A DNA stretch of 64,000 nucleotides, taken from Eledone cirrhosa (lineage: Eukaryota). The notes beneath the pieces are model-generated. The model worked only from the letters and a program-made list of their open reading frames with translations. It ran no database searches and had not been told where the DNA came from. A program made the translations under genes and the position numbers. The DNA lies in assembly GCA_964016885.1 (NCBI GenBank), contig OZ024744.1:42346001-42410000 (forward strand), written 5' to 3'. Below, piece by piece: positions 1 through 12,645 of this stretch (position 1 is the first letter of the stretch; each line of letters begins with the position of its first letter).

Positions 1-79
1 ACTTGTATTTCATGGCTCGGAAATGCTTCTTTCTTTGAGCTAATTATTTGTAAAAGACTGTTTCAGTTTATAACTCTAA

Positions 80-84
<5 letters not shown>

Positions 85-146
<62 letters not shown>
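85..146. repeat. (TA)n microsatellite
   Basis: Direct dinucleotide run. Confidence 0.95.
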
Positions 147-149
<3 letters not shown>

Positions 150-459
150 CGGTGAAGGGTAACTTGGAAAGCAGGGCATGCAGTCAATCGCCATGGTGGA
201 GAGTAAGGCTGTGGAGCCTTACCCCACCCCCTTCACAAAATTATTTGTCGTCCTCTCCTGCATTTGTAAATGTGATATGAGCTAATTTTAATGTGAGAAA
301 ATGCATATCTACAAACAGACCACACTTCAGGCTTGATACCACTCTCCATTAGACATGGTGTTTTCCCATTAGTAATAGTCTGGTTACAAGCCTGACATGA
401 TATCGATTACGTGAGAAATATCAGTAAATGGTAAAACCTTTAAATAATGAAATACTTAG

Positions 460-856
460 AATTCATCTGTAAATCAGTTCAATTCTTTGTTTCTTTTTCG
501 CAAATTCATCAATAAAATGTATCAGCACCATGCTCAACCTTCAACTTCTTCATGGAAATGAAGACCAAATTGCACAATCTCATATAGTTATTTACTTGCT
601 TTAATGAAGAAAACGATCTCTAACATGAAGCATATGTGGCAAGTATGGTCAGAATCAGGCATAATAATTGTGTAACTTCTGCCAGATCTTCCTGGATGCT
701 TGACGCTTGCTTTGCAAAATCTACAGTATAAACTGATTTCAGCTCGCATTTCAATACATCGAAATCCAATATGTTTAAATAGACATCCAAAGATGAAAAC
801 GCTTCCACCGGAAAAAGCTTTGGCTTCAACAATCCAACAGATCTTAACTCTCCCAT
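460..856 (-). pseudogene. hAT-family transposase C-terminal (dimerisation domain) remnant
   Basis: Minus strand reads ...LILTILATYASC*RSFSSLKQVNNY..FIDEFAKKKQRIELIY, matching the hAT motif 'at.a..ERSFS.LK..K.YLR'; interrupted by a stop. Confidence 0.7.
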
Positions 857-879
857 TGTTTTAAATCTTCGTGATCAAG

Positions 880-1085
880 TAGGTGTCACAACAAAAAACA
901 CCCATGACACCCTATAACTGGTTGATATTAGGAAGGCCATCCAGCCGTGAAGCCAAACCAGAATCAGTTCTTTATGAACAAGACACAGTCACCTGATCTG
1001 ACTTATTTCACAATGGGACAACTCAACTAAATCATGCTAGCATAGAAAAATGGACGTTAAATGGTGATGATAATCATGATGATTA
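880..1085 (+). mobile_element. Dispersed SINE-like repeat, family 2 ((GAT)n tail), degenerate
   Basis: ttaggaaggccatccagccgtg ... catgctagcatagaaaaatggacgttaaatggtgatgat; homologous to copies at 7920, 28508, 49239, 54361 and 55795. Confidence 0.65.
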
Positions 1086-1099
1086 TATGTATATATTTT

Positions 1100-1400
1100 T
1101 CTAGGGTGGGTAAAATTCCCGAGATCCATGGACGAGTTCTCTCCAGTGGTCTCTGTCCCTCATTATCGCTGCCATGTCTTGTGTCTCCAACAGACCAGTG
1201 TCTGTCCTTAGGGCATCAACATACGTTAACCTTAGTCTTCCTCTTCCAGTGTGTCCATGTAGGGGCTCCCACAGGAGCACTGAGTGCAATGTCAACTCTG
1301 GATGTCGGTGAGCATGTCCAGTTAACCTCAATCTCCTCTGTGTCACTTTTCAGCTGACTTTTGGGAGGCTCCCATACAGCTCTGAGCTTTTCATCCTCAG
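1100..1400 (-). mobile_element. 3' fragment of RTE-like LINE ORF
   Basis: RRLRLTGHAHRH..VLLWEPLHGHTGRGRLRLTYVDALRTDTG..DRDHWR, typical RTE C-terminus. Confidence 0.7.
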
Positions 1401-1987
1401 TGTATATATATAATCATCAAATATAGACAGAAATATATTATCTCCATCTCAATGGAAATTAACTGGCCATATCCAGCCAGAATTCTCTGACTTCTTTCTG
1501 TTCAAACCAGCCGTAACCAACTGCTCATACTTAAATAACAATATCTCATAGATTAGATATTATGTGAGATAAAGTGTTTACTCTGAAAATACAATAGTAT
1601 ATAAAGAGTAATGTAAATGCTAAAGGGTTAAAGGCTAAAATCAAAATTTTCAGAGCATCATTTACAGAAATATTATACTAAATCTAGCTTAAATTATACC
1701 ATGTTGACATGTGTGTGAACCAAAAAGTAGCAGAAGCTCCCTTATATCACACCCAACTCTCTATTAAAACACAAAAGATGTAGACATTAGTAGCAGTTGG
1801 CTGGCAGGCAGAATTAAATGTCAATTAACAACTCACTAATGATTTAGTTAAAAATGACTAAAATGGTTTGTATTCGTTTTCATCAGATTCTTGTGAATAT
1901 TTTTTATATACTCAAGATTTTAATATGTAATGATACAGTCAATTAAGCTTAAAATAGTGTTATGTATGCATGGTTGTTAATTAATTA

Positions 1988-2181
1988 CATAATAATTGTT
2001 TCTACTTTTGGCACAAGGCCAGCAATTACCCAGTGTATTACTGGTACTTTATTTTATCGACCCCGTAAGGATGAAAGGCAAAGTTAACCTCGGCGAGATT
2101 TGAACTCAGAATGGCAAGGGCTGTAACTCAATGCGTGAAAGCATGGCATCCGACCCTCTACCAATACTGCCAAACCACTGC
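1988..2181 (-). mobile_element. tRNA-derived SINE family 1 ((ATT)n tail)
   Basis: Reverse complement of TGGCAGTATTGGTAGAG (A box) ... GAGTTCAAATC (B box) ... GCCTTTCATCCTTACGGGGTCGATAAAAT ... GGCCTTGTGCCAAAAGTAGAAACAATTATT; more than 12 copies in the window. Confidence 0.85.
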
Positions 2182-2324
2182 TTAAATATATAATAAATAT
2201 ATAATAAAATATATAATAAAACACTCACTGTTCCAATGCTAATATTGCATAGGTAAGAACTGGAAGAAACAGTTAGAGTTTTCCATTTTATGTTAGAGAG
2301 TTTCTTTTAACACTGTTGTATATA

Positions 2325-3354
2325 CAGTGGAACCTCAGTTCACTAAACATTTGTAACCTGAAAGGTTTGTAAATTAAAACTATTTTTCCCATACAAAATG
2401 TTGAGAGAGTCTTGCAACTGACCCACAAGGTTATTAACCACATGTCCAACAACAACCCTGAGTACCTTTTTGAATTCCATATCTAACACCCGTGGATATG
2501 CCTACTAAATCAGAAAACAGTACAGCTCCCATGACTTTCAGAAACATTTTTTCCTGAAATCCGTCACACCACATTTGATATTCCCCCTCCATACACATAT
2601 ATGTGTGTGTGTGACTGTGTGTATATCATGACTCATACACTTTCCTGACATTTGTACATTATTCTATGTACTATACATGCACCTTTGATGAGTTGTAGTG
2701 CACCTGAGCACTATATGCAATAATTAGTATCAGTAGAGTGTTGGACACCATGCTTTGCAGCAAAGAGTTATGGCCCTTTATGGTCTGAGTTCAAATCCCG
2801 CGGAAGTTAACTTTGCCTTTCATTACAGGGTCGATAAAATAAAGTTCCAGTAATAGATTGGGTAATTGCAGGCCTTGTGCCAAAAGTAGAAACAATTATT
2901 ATAAAATATAGTAGAGGGCGGTGGAATGGCAGTATCGGTAGAGGGTCAGATGCCATGCTTTGCAGCATAGAGTTACGCCCCTTCATGGTCTGAGTTCTAA
3001 ATCGCCAAGGTTAACTTTGCCTTTCATCCTTACGGGGTTGATAAAATAAAGCACCAGTAAAGTACTGTAATCGACTTTCCCCTCCCCCCAGTAATCGACT
3101 TTCCTCTCCCCCAAATTACTGGCCTTGTGCCTATACTAGAAATTATTATTAAATACAATGAGAAAGACAGATAGATATCACCATAGTAACTAACAACACA
3201 GCATGTAAAGCTTTCCTACCAATACTCAGCTTGTCACCGACCATTGTTCCCAGCTTGCATGTTCTTTACTCAAGATACTGTTCATCACCCAAGAGATTTT
3301 ATGTTTGGAAAAATTGCTCCTGAACTGATTTGTTCATAAACTGAGGTTGCACTG
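2325..3354. mobile_element. Tc1/mariner-pogo (Tigger-like) non-autonomous element with nested SINEs
   Basis: TIRs CAGTGGAACCTCAGTT / AACTGAGGTTGCACTG, each flanked by TA. Confidence 0.7.
2725..3150 (+). mobile_element. Two tandem family-1 SINEs
   Basis: Two head-to-tail copies, each with B box, central TTTCAT..GGTCGATAAAAT domain and AGAAA-ATT tail. Confidence 0.85.
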
Positions 3355-3759
3355 TACTGTATGATTATTTACATTTCAAAAATTTGTAACAACCACAATT
3401 TCATGCAGCTCAGGAGTTTAAGAGTTACAAAACTATAGCATCTGATGAAATCAGAACTTGGAAAAAGGAGTTTGTTTGAGAGTTTATGGCTGGTACAATA
3501 AGAGTCATAGGGTCGGAGTTCTGGGGGAAGGGGTGGCTACATATAATTGCAACAAATAGGTTTTCTAGTCTGGTGTTCTTTGCAAAGATTTTTATGGGAT
3601 ATGGTTTATAATTTGACAACAGCATCTGTACCTGACTGTGAATTCATTCAGAATTTTTTTTTTTAACAGAGACAAAGAAAGGCAAAAAATAAAAAGGGAA
3701 TAATAAATACCCCTGGAAAAATCCTTTGGATTTGATCGGCTCATGTTTTTTTTAATGAT

Positions 3760-3922
3760 ATGGCAGTTTTGCATTTTTTTCACTGAGGTCAACATTTTCC
3801 TTTTTTTATCTGGGGTCAATAAGATTAAGTACCAGTAAAATACTAGTATTGGTATAATTGACTTCATCCTTATACCAAAAGGTTTGTTTAAATTAGAAAC
3901 CATTATTATTATTATTATTATT
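3760..3922 (+). mobile_element. Degenerate family-1 SINE whose (ATT)n tail adjoins Tx1 copy 1
   Basis: gaggtcaacattttcc..ggggtcaataagattaagtaccagtaaaatac..tagaaaccattattattatt. Confidence 0.6.
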
Positions 3923-4137
3923 GAATGCTATGGTTGACGGAGGCTCGGCTCTGTAAGGTATTGTAAATTTTGACTGCTATAACAATTGTAAATTGTTTAA
4001 AACTTTAACCAAATTGTAGACAAAAACACCTTCCTCCTCGTGAGAGGGGTCTTTCTGCCCGTTATTTGGCCCTTCGGGGTTAAATAACCGCTTATTGGGG
4101 TTTTGTGCCCAATATTTATTTTAAACAAAAAAAAAAC

Positions 4138-5550
4138 ATGGCTACGAAAAAGAATTTTCATAGGTCACTCCCACTCATTCCGTCTTCTTCTTCCTCAATC
4201 GTCACTACAGCAGAGAGAAGATTGTCTCTCTCCCTCCCTTCTCTAAATGTATCTCTCTCCCTCCCTTCTCTTTCGCAAGCGACACCAGAAAAGAAAAATC
4301 ACGTGCAAAGCGTGCAAGATTTCTCCACGACAACGACGACAACGACGAAAAAGGTGTGCGGGAAATACGAAAACCCATTTCATTCGTCTGACGTCAGGAA
4401 TAATAGCAGTAGCAGCTGTAATAACAGAAGCAGCAGCAACAGTGACAAGGAAAACAACAGTAGCAGCCGCAACAGCATCAGCAGCAGCATAAACAACAGC
4501 ATTAGCAGCAACAGCAACAACAACAGCAGCAGCAGCAACAACAACAACAACCACAGCAACAGCGGCGGCGGCAGTAGTCCTAGTACCTGCAGCAACAACA
4601 AAAGTAACAGCAGCTCTGACGATAACAACAACAACAACAACAACAGCAGCGAAGAAAAACCAATCTCGTTTGCAGGTATCGCAAAGAACCTGGAAACCAT
4701 CCTCATAACAAATGAGGAATTAGAGGAAGCGAAGATGATGGTGACGAAAACCGGACACCGAGCAATCTGCAAGGCAGCCGAAAATTTTTTCGAAACCTAA
4801 CAGCACTGTACGGTCACGAACCGTACAGTAAGAACAAAATCCTGTAGGGTTGAAAGATCCACAGAGGCTCAAATACAAAAAGCCTAAGGATCTGTGTGGC
4901 AGCGGAAAATGCACATCACCCGAGGCAAGAAATATGTCACCGTAGACGTACTTTTTGCCACACCCCAGGAGGCAAAGGCTCAATCCTTAGTGACCCTAAG
5001 GAGCGAGGAAATGGTGTTGGTGCCCTCCTACTGCGGGCAAAAGATTGTGAGGGTCAAACTGACCCACGTCCCCCCCGGGATGGCCCCTTCTTGGCTGGCC
5101 GCGTCTGTCCTCGTCGGAATCGTGGACAAAACAACTGTACTGCAAGTACAGAAAAAAGTAAGAGAAGATTGGGTCGGCACCTCCATTGAGATGTTAATCC
5201 AAACCAACCAGGAGTGCATCGAAGCTATCCCGGATGTGATAGACTTCGATAACGGCACTCAACTGCCCATAAGTGTTGAGGGAAAACGCCCGAAATGCTT
5301 TCGCTGTGGATCGAAGACTCACCTCAGGGCCTTCTGCAACGAGAAGACCCTGAGAAAGGAAAAAAAAGCCTTCTTCCGAACCCGGCTCCACGGCTACCGA
5401 CAACAGGACAAGCGGCAACCAGGAACGATAGGTCCGTGGCACCCATACCCACGCCACGGAAATCAAGAACAGCAGCAGCAGTGGAAGTATTAACAACAAC
5501 AACAGCAATACCAAATGCAGCTGCAACAGAGACTCCACAGCAACAAGTGA
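4138..5550 (+). pseudogene. Tx1 ORF1 (Asn/Ser-rich N-terminus, SFA motif, RRM-like core, CCHC knuckle), disrupted
   Basis: ORFs 4105-4800 and 4894-5493, homologous to the family-A ORF1 (HITRGKKYVTVDV, LVPSYCG, CX2CX4HX4C). Confidence 0.8.
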
Positions 5551-5552
5551 AA

Positions 5553-7673
5553 GAGTGTTGCGAAAAGCCGATAACAGCCGCTGAAGTACGGGAGGCAATG
5601 CCTGGCTGCACAAGGGGTAAATCGCCTGGTTTGGATGGTCTGCCCTATGAACTTTACGTACAGACGCCAGATTTGTTCGGAGACCTCTTGCTGGACGGCT
5701 ACTGCAACTGGCAACAGAACGGGAGAATTCCCAGCTCTGTGAGCCGAGGAGCGGTGGCACTGCTGAGAAATGATCCGAACAAGGGGGATAACATAGATAA
5801 TTTCAGGCCCATAACTCTGCTAAACACAGAGTTCAAGATTTTGGCCAAGGTGCTAGCAAAGAGGTTGGCGCTTGTCGTTGGTGGTCTGGTGGGAGAGGCG
5901 CAGATATGCGCCATTCCCGACAGATCCATCCACGACAACCTCCACCTCAAGCGATACATCGTAGAGAGGGTAGCTAGGGAACCTGGCACGGGTGGGTCCA
6001 TGATCAATTTAGATCAGTCGAAAGCTTTCGATAGGGTCGACCATCAATGCCTAGCGGCAGTCCTTAGGGCGGCGGGCTTTGGGCCCGTCTTCAGAGGCTG
6101 GATCGCTGCAATTCACAGCGACATCTGCTCTGTAGTGAGAGTGAACGGTCACCTTTCGGAACCATTCAACATCATGCGCTCGGTCCGCCAAGGATGTCCC
6201 CTCTCGTCCCTCTTGTACGTATTGACTCTCGAGCCATTACTGCACAAACTGGAGACGTTGAGGGGCGTCCCGCGCGAACTAGGATGCGGAAGATCTGTGT
6301 CAGCATATGCGGACGATGTCACCGTAGTGGTGTCGAACGCCAAACACATCGAGGCGATCGGCACTACACTAAGAGAATACGAAGCGGTGACAGGAGCAAT
6401 GATCAACAAGGAAAGGTCAGTGGGCCTGCAGCTCGGCACCTGCAATGGAAGGTCCATGCCGTCCAACAGCGTCGACGGACGCTGGACGGACGGACCGGTT
6501 AAATTGCTCGGGGCCGGATTCGGTCCGGACCTCCAGACGGACAAAAACTGGGACGAGGTGACGAGCAGGGTGGCTTCTCTCACCCAGTAATGGGCCGAGA
6601 GGAAGCTATCCCTGAAAGGTCGAGCGGAGGTGGCTAACGCGTATATCACGTCCGTCATCTACTACCGCCTGACCGTCGTACCTTGTCCTAAGCCCCGTCT
6701 GACTGCGCTGGAGCGTTTGCTCTTTCGCTTTTTGTGGAAGGGACGCGCTCCGATGGTCAGGCGGTCCATCTGCTGTCAACACCCGCTACGTGGAGGGCTG
6801 GGAATGCCGTGGCTGATGATGCGCAGACACGCGCTCAGGCTACGACATCTCCACCTCTTCCTCGACGGTGATCAGGTGTGGTTGCCGTTTGCTAGACACG
6901 TATTTCCCCAGCTCGTCTCCTTGACGGAGCTGCAGTCCTCGGTCAAGCGAAGACCGAGAGGGAGCGCCTGGAGACTGGAATGTCTTCAGGCGCTCACAAC
7001 CCTCGACAAATCGGGCAATGTGATTGGTGGAAACTCCACCTCGGCCTTCTATAGAGGATTAGTGGAGGGGAAGAGCGACGACGTACTTGGGGAAACTCTA
7101 GGCGTCGACGAAAATCAACTAGCCAATCTCTTCGGAAGAAATTTCGGGCCGGGACCTATGGACAACTTCCAGAAATATCTGGCCTGGCAGTGCTACCGGG
7201 GAGCCTTGCCAGTTCGGGATAAACTCTACAGGCATGGAGGTGCCGTCAGTCGGGCATGTCCGAGATGCGCGCAGGGCGACGAAACCGTCCTGCACGCACT
7301 CGTCCAGCGTCCAAAAATTGCTGACTTGTGGGTTTATGTCGAACACCTGCTGTCACGTTTAGGACGGATCTGGCTATCATCTGAGTTCATCGTGAGGATT
7401 GCCCCGCCCTCTTCTTTTAGCCGGGAGGGGCAGGCAGTTTTTATCTGTCTGGTGGCCATGGCGAAAGAGATAGTATGGTGGACACGTTTGAAAGGGCTGA
7501 AGACGAGCACTTATCTTTTCGGTGATGCTCTGATTGACTTTTTCAAATTTCATTTGAAAAGGAAAATCAGAGTAGAGAGGGAAGTGCTCTCTTCCCAGCA
7601 TTTTGTTGAAAGATGGGGGAGAGAAGCAAGAATGGCCCGAGTGAATAGGCCTACTCTGAGTATGTGTCTGTAA
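5553..7673 (+). pseudogene. Tx1 ORF2 RT + C-terminal zinc finger, internal TAA at 6588-6590
   Basis: KSPGLDGLP, FRPITLLN, LDQSKAFDRV, VRQGCPLS, AYADD, CPRC..ETVLH. Confidence 0.9.
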
Positions 7674-7919
7674 ATTAAAGGTGGAAAACTGGGTGAGGGC
7701 ACTTGCCCTGGTGGTCAGGGCCACTGTGGTCTTTTACTGGGCTTTCTCCACAAATGTCTACTTTATGTAAACCCTTGTGGTTTATAGAGAAAACATTATT
7801 AATAATAATAATAATTATTATTATTATTATTATTCTTTGAAAGGCAATGACACACGACCGTGACCTCTGGCGTCACGCAGTAATACAGAGTACCCGACCT
7901 CCCATGGGTATAAGCTGAA

Positions 7920-8215
7920 GCATATAGACAATATGCCCCACAACCCCCACTGCAAGGTAGTCGTGGACGTTCCACGGCAAAAAAGCACCCAGCCCACACT
8001 GTAAAGTGGACGTGTAGGCGCCACGAAAAAGCACCCAGCACTCACTGTAAATGAGGTTGGTGTTAGGAAGGGCATCCAGCTGTAGAAATCAAGCCAAATC
8101 AGTTCCTGTATGAGCAAGGCATGGTCAGCCGACCAGACACTGCCCACAACAGAACAACCCGTCTAACCCATGCTAGTGTGGAAGAACGGACGTAAAACGG
8201 TGATGATGATGATGA
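7920..8215 (+). mobile_element. SINE-like family 2 with (GAT)n tail
   Basis: ggtgttaggaagggcatccagctgtagaaatc ... cccatgctagtgtggaagaacggacgtaaaacggtgatgatgat. Confidence 0.75.
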
Positions 8216-11200
8216 TGAGTCTCAGTCATTGATGTTATTTAACTGGAAAGTTTGTTGAAATGAATATCAAGCCACTACCTGCAGCCTCAGATATTCAGGA
8301 CGTATCGGAGGGTTCTTGCTGTTCCCAGCAAGCATGCCTTTTGAAGTGTTCCAAAAAGCGTGGCGGGACCTATTTTCTTTAACCATCCTTGGAAACTTTT
8401 TGAGATAGTACCTAGTGCGCCTATGACAATCGGGACCACTTTGACTTCATGGCAGTTCCAAATCCTTTTTACCTCCCACTTTAAGTCCTGGTATCGGTTC
8501 ATTTTCTCCCTCTCCTTCTCTTGCACTCTCGTGTCGAATGGGCAGGCCACATCCACAATCAGACGAGATCTTTTTTCCTTGTCCAAAACCTCCAGGTCAG
8601 GTCTATTGTGTTCCAGTTTCTTGTCCGTCGGTATCCTAAAATCTCACAGAATCTTCACCTGATCGTTTTCTATCAGCACTCTGGCTTATGCTCTTACCAC
8701 TTCTCAGAATGTGGTAAATTGTTTACTTTGCATAGGTGCCAGTGGATCGCCCTGCCCATCACATCATGTCACCAGCCCTTATAGTGAATCTGGGCTAGGT
8801 GCTTACACTCGGATACAATGTGAGCCACAGTCTCCTCTCTCTCTCTCCACAGATCGTGCACAGTGGGCTAGCCTCCTCCTTGTAAATATGGTGTTTCAAC
8901 CACTTCGTTTTGAGGGCCTGCTCTTGCGCAGCCATTAACATTCCTTCTGTAGCCTTTTTACTGTCTCCTCTTTTCAATCAGTTCCATGTCTGTGGATCTC
9001 TGAATTCAGTTTTCTCAAAGAAGGTACTATGAAGGGATTTTTCATGAAGGTTGCTCTTTCTCCTTGTTGTTATTTCCTCCTTGGACATCCACTTGTCTAT
9101 TGTCCTCTCCTTCAGTATAATTCTGAGCATTGGCTCCTTACTATCAGTCACGTATTTGTGTAGGTTGTTTTTCTCCATCTGAACACAGTCCTCTATGCTG
9201 ATAAGACCTCTTCCACCTTCAGATCTCCTTAAGTAGAGTCTATCGACATCACTCCTCTTGTGGAACATGTTGTAGATAGTCAATAGCTTCCTAGTCTTCC
9301 TATCCATTTCTTTTTGTTCAGCAACATTCCATTTCAGAATTCCCGCACTGTACCTAATAATAGACACAGCTCGGAAATTTACTTCACTTATGGCATTCCT
9401 ACTGTTCAGATGTGACTTTAATACGCTCCTTAGTCTCCGAATGTATTCAGATCTTATCAATTCCTTCATTTTGTTTTTCTTGATGTCATCAGCCCCCAGA
9501 ACACCTAAATATTAGTATCCTTCTTCAGTATCAATTCCCTTTATCATCTCACCTGTTGGTACCTGGATTCCGTTACTTCTGCTCAATTTACCCCTCTTCA
9601 TCACAAGGACTCCACACTTACTAATACCAAATTGCATACATATATCATTGCTGAAAATACGGACAGTGTCAACAAGCACATCCAACTCCTTCTCACTCTT
9701 CCCGAAGAGCTTAAGATCGTCCATAAAGAGGAGGTGATTGATGGTAAGCTCTCCCTTTCCCAACTTGTACCCTGCTCTCACTTTTCGCAGTATAATGGTC
9801 AGGGGCATCAGGGCAAGGACAAACAACAGAGGGGACAGACTATCTCCCTGGAAGATATCTCTCTTGATCTTCATGCCTCCCACGGATTCACCAGCTGATG
9901 TTAACTTTGTTTTCCAGGACTTCATACTTTTGCCCAACAACTGTCTGATGTTAACTGCCACCTTGAAGATCTCTAGGCTTTTGGTGATCCAAGAATGAGG
10001 CACCATATCAAATGCCTTTTTGTAGTCTATCCTACCCATGGCAAGACCAGTGTATCTCCTCTTGCAATTCCTCATTACCATCTTATCAATAAGTAACTGG
10101 TCCTTTGTACCACGGGACTTCTTTCGGCATCCTTTCTGTTCGTCAGGTAACAAGTTGTTTGTGTGGAGGTGATGGTAGATTTCCTAAGACATAATGCTTG
10201 TCAACAGTTTCCACATTACGGACAGACATGTGATAGGTCTATAGTTGGTAACATCATTACCCTTGATTCGGTCTTTCATTACCAGAACTGTGGTACCTTT
10301 TGTCAACGACTCTGGTACCTCACCTGACATCAAGCACTCATTGAACATGGTTGTCAGTTTCGGGTTGAGGGATGTTATATTTTTAATCCAATACCCCTGC
10401 ACACCATCTGGGCCTGGTGATTTCCAGTTGGTTAGTTTTTTGGCCTGCCCCTTAAGAGTTTCAACTATGATACTCAAATCAGTTTGTTGGTGTGCCTGTT
10501 CACTAATCTCCTTTTGTACTGTCTCAATCCACACTGCCAGGTCATTATGTTTAACATCCTGCTCCCATATTCCTCTCCAGAATGTCTTAGTTTGTTCCGC
10601 CTCAGGGATCAAGTCGTTGCCTCTTTCTTTCCCTTTAAGATGTCCAAACAGCATCTTCTGGTTGTTGTCAAACATGCGGTTGTGTCTATACTGACTGACT
10701 CTGCTCTCGTATCGCCTAATTTTTGCACTTTTTGCTACAATGCGTTGCTTCAGTTCCTCTATGATAATATTTAGCTTTTTCCTCCTAGTTTTGTACTTTA
10801 TTTCCAGTCTATTTTTAGTGTCTATGTTTTTTAGTGTCCCATTCAGTAGGGACTCAAGCTTTCCTATGTCATTTCTCATTTCCCTGATTTGACCATTCAG
10901 TCGTTTCTTCCACCAAGGTTCTGATCTTTCTTGTTTGTTGTTTCCTCTCGCTTTTATGCCAAGTAATTTCCTCACGGCATTTGCTGTTGCTTTGAGGATA
11001 TTGTTGCACTGGTGAAGGCTCCTCGTCTCAAGGTATGGGATGACTTTGTTTACCTTAGCTGTTGTTTCTTTTAACTTTTTCCTGTCTACAAATCTTAGGT
11101 TCATAGGTTTCCCACTATCATTGTTCAATTCATCTACCACTAAGTTTAGGATATCAACCAAATCTTGTCCTAGCCCGTCAACATTCATCTCCTCAATGGC

Positions 11201-11592
11201 CGTATCTTTGTTCCAGGTATTATTTATTTCAGCATTCAGATCATTGTCTGCTTCGGATGGTTCCTCCGTTCTCTCAACCTCTTCACCTTCATTTCCCACT
11301 GGCTCGTTTGCCTGGCATACTCCACTCTCCATTTCCAACCTAATCTCTCTGCTCAGTTCCTCCAGTTCCAGCTCGCTTATCCACCCATTAGTTCTTATTA
11401 CCCGAGCCTGCCCGGCCAATTTTTGTTCATCTAATTTAAATAGACCAATCTCATTCCAGATGTTATGCATCCGTTTCCTATAGCCTTTCTCCTTGGGGTT
11501 ACTCTTCAGGTAACATTGCATAACAGTTCTATTCAATTCTTTCGTCCAGTTGGTTCTGGTCCCTTTCCTTCTTCTTCTTCCGACACCAGCAG
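8216..11592 (-). mobile_element. R4/Dong-clade RT-RLE LINE copy A (5'-truncated, several stops/frameshifts)
   Basis: [43 protein letters not shown], zinc knuckle, RLE RPD..DVACP..EK..Y..L. Confidence 0.9.
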
Positions 11593-11605
11593 TTATTATT
11601 ATTAT

Positions 11606-12548
11606 GATTTGCATTTATCTTGCTTTATGTTCATACGAGTTATCACCAAGTCACAACCAGTGACCTCAAGAGACAACAAGGTCCGCCATGTTCAAGAAAG
11701 AACATACATATTCACACATGCATCTTTAGTGTTTAGACTTGTGATGTACTTATATTGACAGAATCTTCCTTAGTATATGGGCAGTTCCCATTAGTACTAT
11801 CTTTTGTATTTCTCCTATACACAGGTTTCCTGGGATTTGCGATATGTAATCATTAGACCCCTTAGGTATCATTCCCAGAGCGCCTACAACCACTGGTATT
11901 GTTTTAGTTCTCAATTTCCACATTTTTCCAATTTCTATCTCCAGGTCCTTATACTTGCTCAATTTTTCAAATGTTTTTATAGATACATTCTTGTCTATTG
12001 GAACAGACATATCAATTAGCAGGCATACCCTCCTTTGAAAGTCCTTCAATATTATATCAGGTCTATTTGCATCTATTTTTCGGTCTGTTTGGATGCTAAA
12101 GTTCCACAAGATTGAGATGTGATCTTTTTCAAGTATGGGAGGTGGTTGATGCTCCCACCAATTCTTTTGATGGGGCAGGTCAAAATGCTTACACATTATC
12201 CAATGTATGTATTGTGCAGCTCTGTCATGCCTGTTTAGGTATTCGGTTGGAGCTATAGGACTGCACATTGAAATTATATGGTCAATGGTCTCTGGTTGAT
12301 TTTTGCATACACGGCATAATGGGCTGCACCCATTTTTTATTATGTTGGCTTGGTAATTTTTTGTTGGCAGACACTGATCTTGTGCCGATATAATCAGTCC
12401 TTCAGTCTCCGATTTCAGTCCAAAGGATGCCAACCACTGATGGGTTAAAGTTTTGTCTACATCAGGATTGTTAGCTCGCTCTGGGTATTTTCCATACAGA
12501 GGCTTTTCTTGCCATTTCTTAGCCAGTTTCTGTAGCAGTTCTTTCTTT
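11606..12548 (-). mobile_element. Second R4/Dong family, 3' portion (CCHC + RLE + 3'UTR) with (TAA)n tail at 11593-11605
   Basis: ORF 11750-12433: CRVC..ETIDHIISMC, RHD, NRPDIIL..IDMSVP..EKLSKYKDL. Confidence 0.88.
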
Positions 12549-12645
12549 GGAGGATGACACTCCAGGGTTCACTCAGGTAATCCACTAATTCTGAACGACC
12601 CGACACTTCGAGAGCACCAGGGAAGGGCACACCTCTCCTCCTCAA

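Larger units (their letters stand above)
3923..7794 (+). mobile_element. Tx1/L1-clade LINE copy 1: chimeric (divergent 5'UTR+ORF1 joined to family-A RT), lacks APE
   Basis: Starts after (ATT)n and ends in AGAAAAC(ATT). ORF1 has knuckle CFRCGSKTHLRAFC. From about 5553 it is nearly identical to 16178-18470. Confidence 0.85.

Noticed and set aside
6588-6592. TAATG stop-start overlap as a translational-coupling signal
   Set aside because: The ATG is out of frame with the downstream ORF2 domain, and the ancestral codon is AAA.
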